Positions 17,833-27,108 of a DNA stretch of 64,000 nt are shown here, in pieces (within the stretch, counting starts at the first letter, position 1; each line of letters starts with the position of its first letter). The notes beneath the pieces are model-generated. The model was not told the origin of the DNA and did no database searches. It saw only the letters and a program-made list of their open reading frames with translations. Source of the DNA: Solirubrobacteraceae bacterium (lineage in GTDB: Bacteria > Actinomycetota > Thermoleophilia > Solirubrobacterales > Solirubrobacteraceae). Both the position numbers and the translations under genes were made by a program. Location of the stretch: positions 5,483 to 69,482 of the forward strand of contig DASXJY010000033.1 in the NCBI GenBank assembly GCA_036497115.1. The letters run 5' to 3'.

Positions 17833-19331
17833 TCGCCGCCGCCGACGACGAGCTGACCATCTTCGAGCGCTCGCGGCCCGGGCGCCGCGCCTTTGAGCCG
17901 CCGCCCCTGGACGTGCCCGAGCGTCCGCTTGACGAACTGCTCGAGCCGCGGCTGCGCCGCGCCGAGCCGCCCGGGCTGCCCGAGGTCTCCGAACCGGAGA
18001 TCGTCCGCCACTACAACCGCCTGTCCAAGCGCAACTTCGATCTCGACACCGGCTTTTACCCGCTGGGATCCTGCACGATGAAGCACAACCCCAAGCTGCA
18101 CGAGCGGGTGGCGGCGCTGCCGGGCCACGCCAAGCTCCACCCGCTCCAGGATCCAGCCCGGGCCCAGGGGGCGCTCGAGCTGATGTGGCGGCTGCAGTCG
18201 GCGCTGGGGGAGATCGCCGGGCTACCGCACGTGTCGCTCCAGCCGTCGGCAGGCTCGCACGGGGAGTTGGCCGGGGTGCTGCTGACGCGCGCCTTTCACG
18301 AGGATCGCGGCCAGCGCCGCACCAAGGTCCTGACCCCGGATACGGCCCACGGCACCAACCCGGCGACCGTCACGATGGCCGGCTACGAGGTGGTCAAGGT
18401 GGGGACCGACCAGCGCGGGAATGTCGATCTCCAGGACCTGCGCGCCAAGGCCGACGAGGACGTCGCCTGCCTGATGCTGACCAACCCGTCGACGCTGGGT
18501 CTGTTCGAGCCGGCGATCGAGGAGATCGCCGAGATCGTCCATGGCGTCGGCGCGACGCTCTACTACGACGGCGCCAACCTCAACGCGATCATGGGCATCT
18601 GCCGGCCCGGCGACATGGGCTTCGACATCGTTCACTTCAACCTGCACAAGTCGTTCACCCAGCCCCACGGAGGCGGTGGACCCGGCGCGGGGCCGATCGC
18701 GGTCTCGGATCGCATCGAGCCGTTTCTGCCCCGGCCGCAGGTGGTGCGGCGCGAGTCGGCCGGCAACGGGTCCTCCGAGCCGGTCTACGACCTCGACTAC
18801 GACCGCCCGCGGTCGATCGGCCGGCTGCGGGGCTTTCAGGGCAACTACGGCGTGTTCGTCCGCTCCTATGCCTACATCCGCTCGCTCGGCGCCGCGGGGC
18901 TGCGCGACGTGTCCGAGGTCGCGGTGCTCAACGCCAACTACCTGCTGGCCAAGCTTCGCCAGGCCGGGGTACTCGAGTACCTGCCGGCGGGCTATGACCG
19001 GCTCTGCATGCACGAGTTCGTGCTGTCGGGGGCGCCGATGAAGCAGGAGCTGGGTATCAAGACACTGGATCTGGCCAAGCGGCTGCTCGACTACGGGGTG
19101 CACCCGCCGACCGTCTACTTCCCGCTGCTGGTCGACGAGGCGCTGCTGATCGAGCCGACCGAGACCGAGACCAAGGAGACGCTGGATCGGTTCGCCGAGA
19201 TCCTGGCCGCCATCCTGCGCGAGGCCCGCGAGGATCCCGAGATCGCGCGCACCGCGCCGCACACCACTCCGGTGCGGCGCCTGGACGAGGCCGGCGCGGC
19301 GCGCCGCCCGGTCGTGCGCCAGGCGCTCTGA
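17829..19331 (+). CDS. gcvPB: Glycine dehydrogenase subunit 2
   Basis: YPLGSCTMK, AHGTNPA, PLP-Lys motif HFNLHKSF, PHGGGGPG, IEPTETE; GTGA overlap start. Confidence 0.95.
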   Translation: MIAAADDELTIFERSRPGRRAFEPPPLDVPERPLDELLEPRLRRAEPPGLPEVSEPEIVRHYNRLSKRNFDLDTGFYPLGSCTMKHNPKLHERVAALPGHAKLHPLQDPARAQGALELMWRLQSALGEIAGLPHVSLQPSAGSHGELAGVLLTRAFHEDRGQRRTKVLTPDTAHGTNPATVTMAGYEVVKVGTDQRGNVDLQDLRAKADEDVACLMLTNPSTLGLFEPAIEEIAEIVHGVGATLYYDGANLNAIMGICRPGDMGFDIVHFNLHKSFTQPHGGGGPGAGPIAVSDRIEPFLPRPQVVRRESAGNGSSEPVYDLDYDRPRSIGRLRGFQGNYGVFVRSYAYIRSLGAAGLRDVSEVAVLNANYLLAKLRQAGVLEYLPAGYDRLCMHEFVLSGAPMKQELGIKTLDLAKRLLDYGVHPPTVYFPLLVDEALLIEPTETETKETLDRFAEILAAILREAREDPEIARTAPHTTPVRRLDEAGAARRPVVRQAL

Positions 19332-19376
19332 CCCCCGGCCGTCGCGCCAGCGATCAGTCCGTCGGCGCCGGGGCGA

Positions 19377-20810
19377 TCAGTCCGCGTCGGCCACGATCGA
19401 CCCCACCCGCTCGCCAAGCGTGCGATCGCGGAAGTAGACGACGGCGGCGTAGATCAGCGCCACCACCACCACACCGCCGGCGATCAGCGGATAGGAGTTA
19501 AACGGCGCCGGCTGTCCCGGCTTGACCAGGTCATAGAGCGGATAGCCGATCGCGACCGCGCCGAGCAGGGGCAGGATCAGGTGCAGCAGGACCGAGAAGC
19601 GGTCACGGTGAAAGCGCCGGAAGTAGACCGGCAGGGCCAGGTTTGCCACCAGATAGGTGAGCGCGATCAAAATTGTGCCCAGGGTGGCGATCTCCCCGAA
19701 GAACACCACCGGATCGGTGTTCCAGCCGAACACGTAGGACAGCCCCAGTGCCAGCCCCAGGTAGACCAGGAAGGCCACCCACGGGGTCTTGCCACGCTCG
19801 GTCAAGCGCGCGGTGACCGAGGGCAGCAGGCCCTCGCGCCCGGAGCTGAAGATGATCCGGGCCTGCGAGTTGGTGGCCGAGATCAGGCTCGAGCAGATCG
19901 ACGTGAAGCCGGCCAGGTAGGCGATGAAGGCCAGCGAGCTGGCCACGCCCCCGGCCGCGGCGATGAACGGGATGTCGGCAGCGGTCAGGGCCCCGGCGTG
20001 ATCGTTGAAGCCGACGACCGTGGAGTAGGCCAGAAACACGTACAGCGCAGCGACCAGGATCACGCTTGAGAACACCGCCCGGGCCACGCCGGCCCGCGGG
20101 TCGCGGCTCTCCTCGGCCATCGCGGCCGAATTCTCCCAGCCGACGAACAGGTACACCGCCAGCGGGAACCCGAGCGAGAGCCCCGAGAAGCCGCGGTGCA
20201 GGTTGGCCGGGTCAAGGGGGCGCAGATCGATGTGGCTGGAGTGCTGGATCAGCAGCGCAACCGCCACGACGATCAGCAGCACGAGCTCAAAGCCGAAGAA
20301 GACGGCGGCCACCTTGGTCGATGGCTTGGCCCCGCCGACGATCAGCGCCAGCGCTCCCAGCGTCAGCGCCGCGCTCAGGATCTGCCAGGGGATCTTGATG
20401 CTCAGGTAGTGCTGGAGAATCGTCTCGGTCAGGCCCCCGGAGATGGTGACCACCGAGGCCACGGCGATGATGTAACCGGCGCACAGCACGACCGCCGTGA
20501 CCACGGCCGCGTAGCCGCCGAAGGCCCGCCCGATGAAGGTCACGAACGAGCCGGTGGAGGGCTGGGAGCGCGAGAACTGGCTGAGCGTGTTCCCCAGCAG
20601 CAAGATCGCGATCGCCGCCGCGACCACGGTCAGCGGAGCGGCGATCCCGGCCGTGGTCACGATCGTGGCAAAGCCGAAGTAGAAGCTCATCGCCGGGGCG
20701 ATGTTGGCCAGCGTCGCCGCCGCGATATCGAAGTTCGACAGCACGCCACGGGCCAGCCGCCCCGACTCGGCGGTTGCGCGGGGACGCTCGGTGGCTTGGA
20801 CAGTCGACAT
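19377..20810 (-). CDS. APC-family amino acid/amine permease
   Basis: About 12 hydrophobic segments, IAPAMS, PSTGSF, FVGWENSAAMAEE, QARIIFS.GREGLLP. Start taken at ATG 20810. Confidence 0.85.
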   Translation of the reverse strand: MSTVQATERPRATAESGRLARGVLSNFDIAAATLANIAPAMSFYFGFATIVTTAGIAAPLTVVAAAIAILLLGNTLSQFSRSQPSTGSFVTFIGRAFGGYAAVVTAVVLCAGYIIAVASVVTISGGLTETILQHYLSIKIPWQILSAALTLGALALIVGGAKPSTKVAAVFFGFELVLLIVVAVALLIQHSSHIDLRPLDPANLHRGFSGLSLGFPLAVYLFVGWENSAAMAEESRDPRAGVARAVFSSVILVAALYVFLAYSTVVGFNDHAGALTAADIPFIAAAGGVASSLAFIAYLAGFTSICSSLISATNSQARIIFSSGREGLLPSVTARLTERGKTPWVAFLVYLGLALGLSYVFGWNTDPVVFFGEIATLGTILIALTYLVANLALPVYFRRFHRDRFSVLLHLILPLLGAVAIGYPLYDLVKPGQPAPFNSYPLIAGGVVVVALIYAAVVYFRDRTLGERVGSIVADAD

Positions 20811-20880
20811 CGTGGTTATCCGGTACCCGCCTTGGCCGCGGTTGATGCCGGGCCGGCGGCGGCCGTCGTAGGCTGCAGGC

Positions 20881-21849
20881 ATGCGCTTCGTGATCTTCGG
20901 CGCCGGCGCCATCGGGGGCGTGGTCGGGGCCCGCCTGCACCAGGGCGGCCACGAGGTGGCACTGATCGCCCGCGGTGCCCATCTGCAGGTGATCCGCCGC
21001 GCCGGCCTGACCCTGGAGACCCCCACGGAGCGCTCGACGCTGAGGCTGCCGGTGGGCGCCGACCCGACCGAGCTCGAGGTCGGCGACGGAGACGTGGTGC
21101 TGCTGGCCACCAAGAGCCAGGACACGGCCGGCGCCCTGGAGGCGCTGCGGCGGGCCGGAGCCACCGACCCGCCGATCGTCTGCCTGCAGAACGGAGTCGA
21201 CAACGAGCGCTCGGCGCTGCGCATGTCTGACTGCGTCTACGGGGGGCTGGTCATGTGCCCCGCCGCCCACCTCGAGCCGGGCGTGGTGCAGGCCTACGGC
21301 ACGACCTCGACCGGGATCATCGACGTCGGCCGCTACCCCCACGGCACTGACGAACGCTGCCAGGCTGTCGTGCATGCGCTCGGCGGCTCGCGTTTCTCCT
21401 CCCGCGTCCGAACCGACGTCATGCGTTCGAAGTACGCCAAGCTGCTGTTGAACGTCGGCAACGCGGTGGAGGCGCTGTGTGGCGAGGGCGAGCGCAGCGA
21501 GGAGCTGATCGAGCTGGCCCGGGCCGAGGCCCGGGCGGCGCTGACCGCGGCCGAGATCGAGTTCGAGGCCGACGATGTGGATGACATCGAGGGTCGCTGG
21601 GAGGAGATCGGCGTGCAGGAGATAGAAGGGCGCCAACGCGCAGGATCCTCGAGCTGGCAGAGCCTGGCCCGAGGCACCGGCGCGATCGAGACCGACTACC
21701 TCAACGGGGAGATCGCCCTGCTGGGCCGCCTGCATGGCGTGCCGACCCCGATCAACATCGCGCTGTGCACGGTGGCCAGCCGGTACGCGCGCCAGGGCGG
21801 GCAGCCGGGCGAGCTCAGCCCCAGCGAGCTGCAGGCGGTCCTGGCTTGA
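20881..21849 (+). CDS. Ketopantoate reductase (PanE/ApbA) family protein
   Basis: FGAGAIGG, ATKSQD, LQNGVDNE, KYAKLLLN, SSWQS, ETDYLNG. Confidence 0.85.
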   Translation: MRFVIFGAGAIGGVVGARLHQGGHEVALIARGAHLQVIRRAGLTLETPTERSTLRLPVGADPTELEVGDGDVVLLATKSQDTAGALEALRRAGATDPPIVCLQNGVDNERSALRMSDCVYGGLVMCPAAHLEPGVVQAYGTTSTGIIDVGRYPHGTDERCQAVVHALGGSRFSSRVRTDVMRSKYAKLLLNVGNAVEALCGEGERSEELIELARAEARAALTAAEIEFEADDVDDIEGRWEEIGVQEIEGRQRAGSSSWQSLARGTGAIETDYLNGEIALLGRLHGVPTPINIALCTVASRYARQGGQPGELSPSELQAVLA

Positions 21850-23003
21850 GCGCGACAGCCGACCCGGCGATCGGCGCCGACGCGGCCGAGATCGCCGGGC
21901 GGGCGCGCGCGGAGCTGGCCCAGCTGGTCGACATCTCCTCTCCGTCGGGCGACGTCGAGGGGGCCGAACGGGCGCTGGCGGCGTGCGCGTCGCTGGCCCC
22001 CGCGGGGGCGCGGATCGAGCGGCCGGCGTGCTCGACTCCGGGCAGCGCCCGCGACCTGATCGCCGCCGTGCACGGCAGCGGAACTCGCAAGCTGATGCTG
22101 CTCGGTCACGTCGACACGGTGATCGGCCACGAGGCGCACCAGCCGCTGCGCCAGGACGGCGAGCGCCTCTACGGCACCGGAACCGCCGATATGAAGGGCG
22201 GCGTGGTGCTGGCGCTGGGCGTGGCCCGGGCGCTGGCCCGCCGCCCGGAGGCGTTCGCCGAGCTCTCGGTACTGCTGGTCTGCGACGAGGAGTGGCGCAC
22301 GGTGCCGTTCGTACACACCGAGCGGTTCGCGGGCTATGACGCCTGTCTGTGCTTCGAGGCCGGTGAGCGGGGCCCCGCTGGGTCCGAGGGCGTGGTGGTC
22401 CGCCGTAAGGCCGCCGGCACCCTGAGAGTGACCGCCCGGGGGCGCGCCGCCCACTCCGGCAGCGCCCCGGACCGTGGTCGCAACGCGCTGCTGGCGCTGG
22501 CCGGTACCGCCCGTGCCGTCGCCGCCCGGCACGATCCCGCCGGCCCCGAGCAGCTCAGTGTCGTCCCCACGGTGCTGCGGTCGGGGGATGCGTTCAACGT
22601 CGTCCCGGCGGCCGGCGAGCTGATCTTCGACCTCCGGGCCCGGCAGCTTGACGCCTTCGGAGCCGTCCTGGCCGCGGTAGGCGATCAGCGCGACGGCGTC
22701 GAGCTCGACGCCCGCATGGATCGGCTGTGGCCGGGGATGGACAGCCGGGCGACGACGGCGCAGCTGATCGAGGACGCCTCCCGTCGCCTGGGGCGCGCGA
22801 TAACCGGAGTCCCCCGCGGCGGCGCCAGCGACGCCAGCCATTTCGCCGCCTCGATCGCCCTGACCGTCGACGGCCTGGGCCCGCGCGGCGGCGGCGCACA
22901 CACCCCCGACGAGTTCGTCCTGGCACCGTCGCTGACGGCGCGCGCCGAAGTCGCCCTGGCCGTGGCTGGCCAGGTACTCCACCTGCCATCCTGTAGCCAG
23001 TGA
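21846..23003 (+). CDS. M20 family metallopeptidase (carboxypeptidase G2-like)
   Basis: Metal ligands GHVDTV, DMKGG, DEE, FEAG, GAHTPDE; TTGA overlap start. Confidence 0.85.
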   Translation: MSATADPAIGADAAEIAGRARAELAQLVDISSPSGDVEGAERALAACASLAPAGARIERPACSTPGSARDLIAAVHGSGTRKLMLLGHVDTVIGHEAHQPLRQDGERLYGTGTADMKGGVVLALGVARALARRPEAFAELSVLLVCDEEWRTVPFVHTERFAGYDACLCFEAGERGPAGSEGVVVRRKAAGTLRVTARGRAAHSGSAPDRGRNALLALAGTARAVAARHDPAGPEQLSVVPTVLRSGDAFNVVPAAGELIFDLRARQLDAFGAVLAAVGDQRDGVELDARMDRLWPGMDSRATTAQLIEDASRRLGRAITGVPRGGASDASHFAASIALTVDGLGPRGGGAHTPDEFVLAPSLTARAEVALAVAGQVLHLPSCSQ

Positions 23004-23665
23004 GCACGACGACCCCCACCCCCCGCCGCTCGGCGGGCCTGCGCGAGCAGCGGCAAAAGCAAATCGAGGGCCTGACCCTGCTGGTGATCATCGTCGGGAT
23101 CATGTGGCTGCTCGAGGTGATCAACACGCTCGATCACAACGGGCTCGACAGCGACGGCATCTACCCCCGCAGCATCTCGCACCTGTGGGGCATCATCACC
23201 GCGCCGTTTCTGCACGTCAGCTTCGCCCACCTGATCGACAACACGATCCCGTTCGTTTTCATGGGGGTGATCATCGCCCTGCGCGGAGCCGCCAAGCTTG
23301 TGCTGGTCACCGCCATCGTCGTGGTCATCGGCGGACTCGGAACCTGGCTCATCGCTCCCGACAACTCGGTGACGGTCGGCGCCAGCGGGATCGTCTTCGG
23401 GTACGCCACGTACCTGCTGACCTGCGGCATCTTCGATCGCAGCTGGCTCGAGTTGCTGGTCGGGGTGGTCGTGGCGGTGGTCTGGGGCGGTGCCCTGCTG
23501 TCGAGCCTGGTGCCCCACTACGGGGTCTCCTGGCAGGGCCACGCCAGCGGGGCGGTGGCCGGCGTGATCGCCGCCTGGCTGCTGTCGGTTGACCGCCGGC
23601 GAGCCGCCGGCAGCGCCGGGTCGCCGGGGACCGGCGGGTCCCTGGCCCGCGCCACCGCTGAGTAG
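23000..23665 (+). CDS. Rhomboid family intramembrane serine protease
   Basis: APFLH...HL..N, catalytic GASG and SWQGH; multiple TM segments. Confidence 0.9.
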   Translation: MSTTTPTPRRSAGLREQRQKQIEGLTLLVIIVGIMWLLEVINTLDHNGLDSDGIYPRSISHLWGIITAPFLHVSFAHLIDNTIPFVFMGVIIALRGAAKLVLVTAIVVVIGGLGTWLIAPDNSVTVGASGIVFGYATYLLTCGIFDRSWLELLVGVVVAVVWGGALLSSLVPHYGVSWQGHASGAVAGVIAAWLLSVDRRRAAGSAGSPGTGGSLARATAE

Positions 23666-23675
23666 CCTGCGGCCG

Positions 23676-24671
23676 ATGCGGATCTTCTCGGGCATTCAGC
23701 CCACGGGGCGCAAGCACCTGGGCAACTACATCGGGGCGATCACCCAGTACGTCGCGGGCCAGGACCGGGGCGAGGCGATCTATTGCGTGGTCGACCTGCA
23801 CGCGATCACCGTGGCCTACGAGCCCGCCCGGCTGCGAGCGTCGGTGTACGACACCGCGGCCACGCTGCTGGCCGCCGGGCTGGACCCGGAGCGTTGTGTG
23901 TTCTTTCGCCAGAGTGACGTGCCCGAGCATCCCGAGCTGTGCTGGCTGCTGTCGAGCGTGACCTCGTTCGGCGCGCTGAACCGCATGACCCAGTTCAAGG
24001 AGAAGGCCGGGGCGCAGCGGAACCTGGTGTCGGCGGGACTGTTCATCTACCCGGTGCTCCAGGCCGCCGACGTGCTCGCCTACCGCGCGCACGAGGTGCC
24101 GGTCGGCGAGGATCAGCGCCAGCACATCGAACTGATGCGCGACGCGGCGATCCGTTTCAACGCCCGCTTCGGGGAGACGCTGGTGGTGCCGGAGGCTCGA
24201 ATTCCCGAGGTCGGCGCCCGGATCATGGATCTCCAGGACCCGGGGCGCAAGATGTCGACCACCGGGGGCACCGAGCAGGGCACGGTGCTGGTCCTCGACG
24301 AGCCGGCAGCGGTGGCCAAGAGGATCCGCTCCGCCGTCACCGACTCGGGCAGCGAGGTGGCTCGGGCTCCCGACAAGGCCGGAATCTCCAACCTGATCGA
24401 GATCCTGGCCGCCGTCCGGGCCACCGATGCCGCTCACATCGAGCGGGAGTTCGACGGCTCGGGCTATGGGGCCTTCAAGCAGGCGGTGGCCGACGCCGTG
24501 ACCGCCTATCTGGCCCCGGTCCGCGAGCGCTACCAGGAGCTTCGGGGCGATGAGGCCGAGCTGGAGCGGATCTTCGCCGGCGGCGCCGCCAAAGCCCGCT
24601 CGATCGCCTCGCAGACCCTCGTCGACGTCCGCGAGGCGATGGGGGTGGGACCGGTCCGACCGCGCGGCTAA
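23676..24671 (+). CDS. trpS: Tryptophan--tRNA ligase
   Basis: FSGIQPTG, HLGNY (HIGH), YPVLQAADVL, VPVGEDQRQH, KMSTT (KMSKS). Confidence 0.96.
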   Translation: MRIFSGIQPTGRKHLGNYIGAITQYVAGQDRGEAIYCVVDLHAITVAYEPARLRASVYDTAATLLAAGLDPERCVFFRQSDVPEHPELCWLLSSVTSFGALNRMTQFKEKAGAQRNLVSAGLFIYPVLQAADVLAYRAHEVPVGEDQRQHIELMRDAAIRFNARFGETLVVPEARIPEVGARIMDLQDPGRKMSTTGGTEQGTVLVLDEPAAVAKRIRSAVTDSGSEVARAPDKAGISNLIEILAAVRATDAAHIEREFDGSGYGAFKQAVADAVTAYLAPVRERYQELRGDEAELERIFAGGAAKARSIASQTLVDVREAMGVGPVRPRG

Positions 24672-24681
24672 CGTCTGCCCC

Positions 24682-25425
24682 GTGGCACTCGTCGATCTCG
24701 AGCTCGACCTGGACGTGTTCGCGGGTCCCTTCGACCTCCTGCTGACCCTGATTCTCCGCGAAGAGGTCGACCTGCTCGAGGTCGACCTGGCCGACGTCGT
24801 GATCACCTACATCGACCACCTGGAGCGACGCGGTGAGCTCGACCTCGAGGCGGCGACCGAGTTCCTGGTCCTGATCGCCGCCCTGCTGGAGCTCAAGTCA
24901 CGGCTTCTGCTGCCGGGCGAGGAGATCGAGGAGATAGAGCTCGATCCGGGGGAGGCGGCCGAGGAGCTGCTGGCGCGGCTGCTGGCGGCGCACCGCTACC
25001 GGGCCGCCGCCGCCCACCTCCGGGAGCGACTGGAGGGCGAGCAGGGATCGCGGTTTCGCAGTGCCCCCGTCCCGTCCCACCTCCGCAAGGCCCGCCTGAC
25101 CGAGGCCCACGCCGTCTACTCGCCGGACGCCCTGGCCGGGGCGATCGGGGACCTACTGCAGGTGCCGCCGCCGGTCGATATCGGCCACATAACCGTGGCC
25201 AAGGTGACGGTGGCCGAGCGGCTGGCCCACCTGCGGACGCTGCTGCGCCGGGGACGGTTCACGTTCTCGGAGGCGGTGGCTCGCTCAGACCGGGTCACCG
25301 TCGCGGTGACGCTGTACGCCCTGCTCGAGCTCTACAAGCAGGGTGAGGCGACATGGACTCAGGAGGAGCCGTTCGCCGAGATCACCATCGAGGCCGGGCG
25401 CGCCCTGGGGCGGATGACGGCATGA
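24682..25425 (+). CDS. scpA: Segregation and condensation protein A
   Basis: FAGPFDLLLTLI, EFLVLIAALLELKSR.LLP, ALLELYK....QEEPFAEI. Confidence 0.93.
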   Translation: MALVDLELDLDVFAGPFDLLLTLILREEVDLLEVDLADVVITYIDHLERRGELDLEAATEFLVLIAALLELKSRLLLPGEEIEEIELDPGEAAEELLARLLAAHRYRAAAAHLRERLEGEQGSRFRSAPVPSHLRKARLTEAHAVYSPDALAGAIGDLLQVPPPVDIGHITVAKVTVAERLAHLRTLLRRGRFTFSEAVARSDRVTVAVTLYALLELYKQGEATWTQEEPFAEITIEAGRALGRMTA

Positions 25426-26054
25426 GCGCAGAACTCGAACGGACGCTGGAGGGACTGCTGTTCTTGAGCTCGGATCCGGTGTCGGCCGCGGCCCTGGCCG
25501 ACGCCACCGGCGCCGAGCTGCATGAAGTCGTGACCGCGCTCGAGCGCCTGCGTGAGCACTACGAGTTCGAACGCCGCGGCTTTCTGGTCCGCGAGCTCGC
25601 CGGTGGCTTCACGCTCAGCACGCACCCCGACGTCGAGCCGGCCGCGCGGCGTCTGCTGGCCAAGCCCCGGACGCCCCCGCTGACCCCGGCGCAGGCCGAG
25701 ACGCTGGCCATCGTGGCCTACCTGCAGCCGGTGTCGCGCCCGGAGATCGCCCGGATCCGCGGCGTCAGCGCCGAGTCGGCGGCGGCCACGCTGCTGGAGC
25801 GGGGGCTCATCGAAGACGGGGGACGCTCGCAATTCGGGGCCGTGCTGTACCGGACCACCGAGCTGTTTTTGAAGCTGTTCGGGCTTCGTTCACTGGACGA
25901 GCTGCCCGGGATCGAGGGCTTTGACCCCTCCGCGGAGCTCGAGCAGGAGCTGCGCGACCGGTTGCTGCGCGCCGGCGAGGCCAGGGCCGCGGTGGGCACC
26001 CCACCGGCGGTGACGCAGGAGCCCGCGGGCGCGCCGGCTCTCAGCGGCGACTAG
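25422..26054 (+). CDS. scpB: SMC-Scp complex subunit ScpB
   Basis: LEGLLF, ETLAIVAYLQPVSR.EI..IRGV, YRTT..FL..FGL.SLDELP; ATGA overlap. Confidence 0.95.
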   Translation: MSAELERTLEGLLFLSSDPVSAAALADATGAELHEVVTALERLREHYEFERRGFLVRELAGGFTLSTHPDVEPAARRLLAKPRTPPLTPAQAETLAIVAYLQPVSRPEIARIRGVSAESAAATLLERGLIEDGGRSQFGAVLYRTTELFLKLFGLRSLDELPGIEGFDPSAELEQELRDRLLRAGEARAAVGTPPAVTQEPAGAPALSGD

Positions 26055-27108
26055 CCCGGGCCGAATCCAGGCCCAGGAACTCCCGCACCGCCGCGCCGTC
26101 GCGCTCGAGCGCCGCCGCCGCGTCCTCCGAGAGCGGCGCAAACGGCTCGATCACCACGTCTCTGCCGGCGAGCCTCCATTCCGCGACGGCCCGGCCGCCG
26201 GCCAGGGCGAAGTTGCGAAACATGCCTCCCACGACGATCCCCCGGGGGTCGTCGCCGAGCACCTGGCGGCGAGACGTCCAGCCGAGCAGCAGCGGCTCGA
26301 AGCTCCCCAGCAGCCGCGGCGGCGCCAGCCGGGCCGCTCGGCCCCGGTGCGACAGGTCGACGAGGCCGTCGGCGACCGGGGTTAGCTGCTCGGCGATCGA
26401 GCTCAGGGCGGCTCGGGCGTCGCCCAGTCGCAGGCCGGCCCAGCGCGCGAGATCGCGCTCGGTGGCCGGCCCGTGGCCGGCCAGGTAGCGCCGGGCCAGC
26501 TCGGCCAGCGCCCGCTCCCGATTCACCGGCTCTGGCGGCCCCAGCCAGTCCTGGGCCAGCGCGTAGGCGTGCTGGCGGCCGACCATCGGCCCGCGGACGC
26601 AGATCCCCAGCAGGCCGGCGCGGAACATGAGGTGGATCATCGCCTGCCCGGCCACTGGCACCCCGGCCCGCTCCAGGCGGTCGCGCAGCTGCGGGCGGGC
26701 CAGCGGGCCCTCGTCGGCCAGGGCGCTGCGGATCACCTCCAACCCGCGATCGACCTGAGTCGGGCTGACCCCGTTCTGGCGCAGCCGGGTGGCGCTGGTG
26801 GTCATCAGCTGCGGCGTGGTCAGGGCGTGCAGCCAGGGATAATCCTCTCGGCGGACCAGGTGAAGCGTGCCGCGGTTCAGCCAGGTCAGGACCAGCGATC
26901 GCCGCTCGGTGAGCTCCCGGTCCACATCGGACGCGCAGACGCCCCGCGTCCGCGCGCGAATCGCCAGCCGGGCCCCCCGCCCGTCCTGGGCCTGGATCGC
27001 CAGCAGCCGCTCCGCCACCGCGACCGGGTCGCGGGCCGGTGCCCCGGCCAGCAGCTGCGCCGTCAGCCGGAGCGCGTGGACCCGCTCAGCCGCCGGCCGA
27101 ACCGCCAC
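26041..27108 (-). CDS. AlkZ/YcaQ (HTH_42) winged-helix DNA glycosylase-like protein
   Basis: QAQ catalytic-type motif, TWLNRGTLHLV, RRYLAGHGPAT..DLARWAG. Confidence 0.8.
   Translation of the reverse strand: MAVRPAAERVHALRLTAQLLAGAPARDPVAVAERLLAIQAQDGRGARLAIRARTRGVCASDVDRELTERRSLVLTWLNRGTLHLVRREDYPWLHALTTPQLMTTSATRLRQNGVSPTQVDRGLEVIRSALADEGPLARPQLRDRLERAGVPVAGQAMIHLMFRAGLLGICVRGPMVGRQHAYALAQDWLGPPEPVNRERALAELARRYLAGHGPATERDLARWAGLRLGDARAALSSIAEQLTPVADGLVDLSHRGRAARLAPPRLLGSFEPLLLGWTSRRQVLGDDPRGIVVGGMFRNFALAGGRAVAEWRLAGRDVVIEPFAPLSEDAAAALERDGAAVREFLGLDSARASRR

Noticed and set aside
23589-23675. T-box or Trp leader upstream of trpS
   Set aside because: The intergenic gap is 10 bp, with no T-box motif or Trp-codon uORF.
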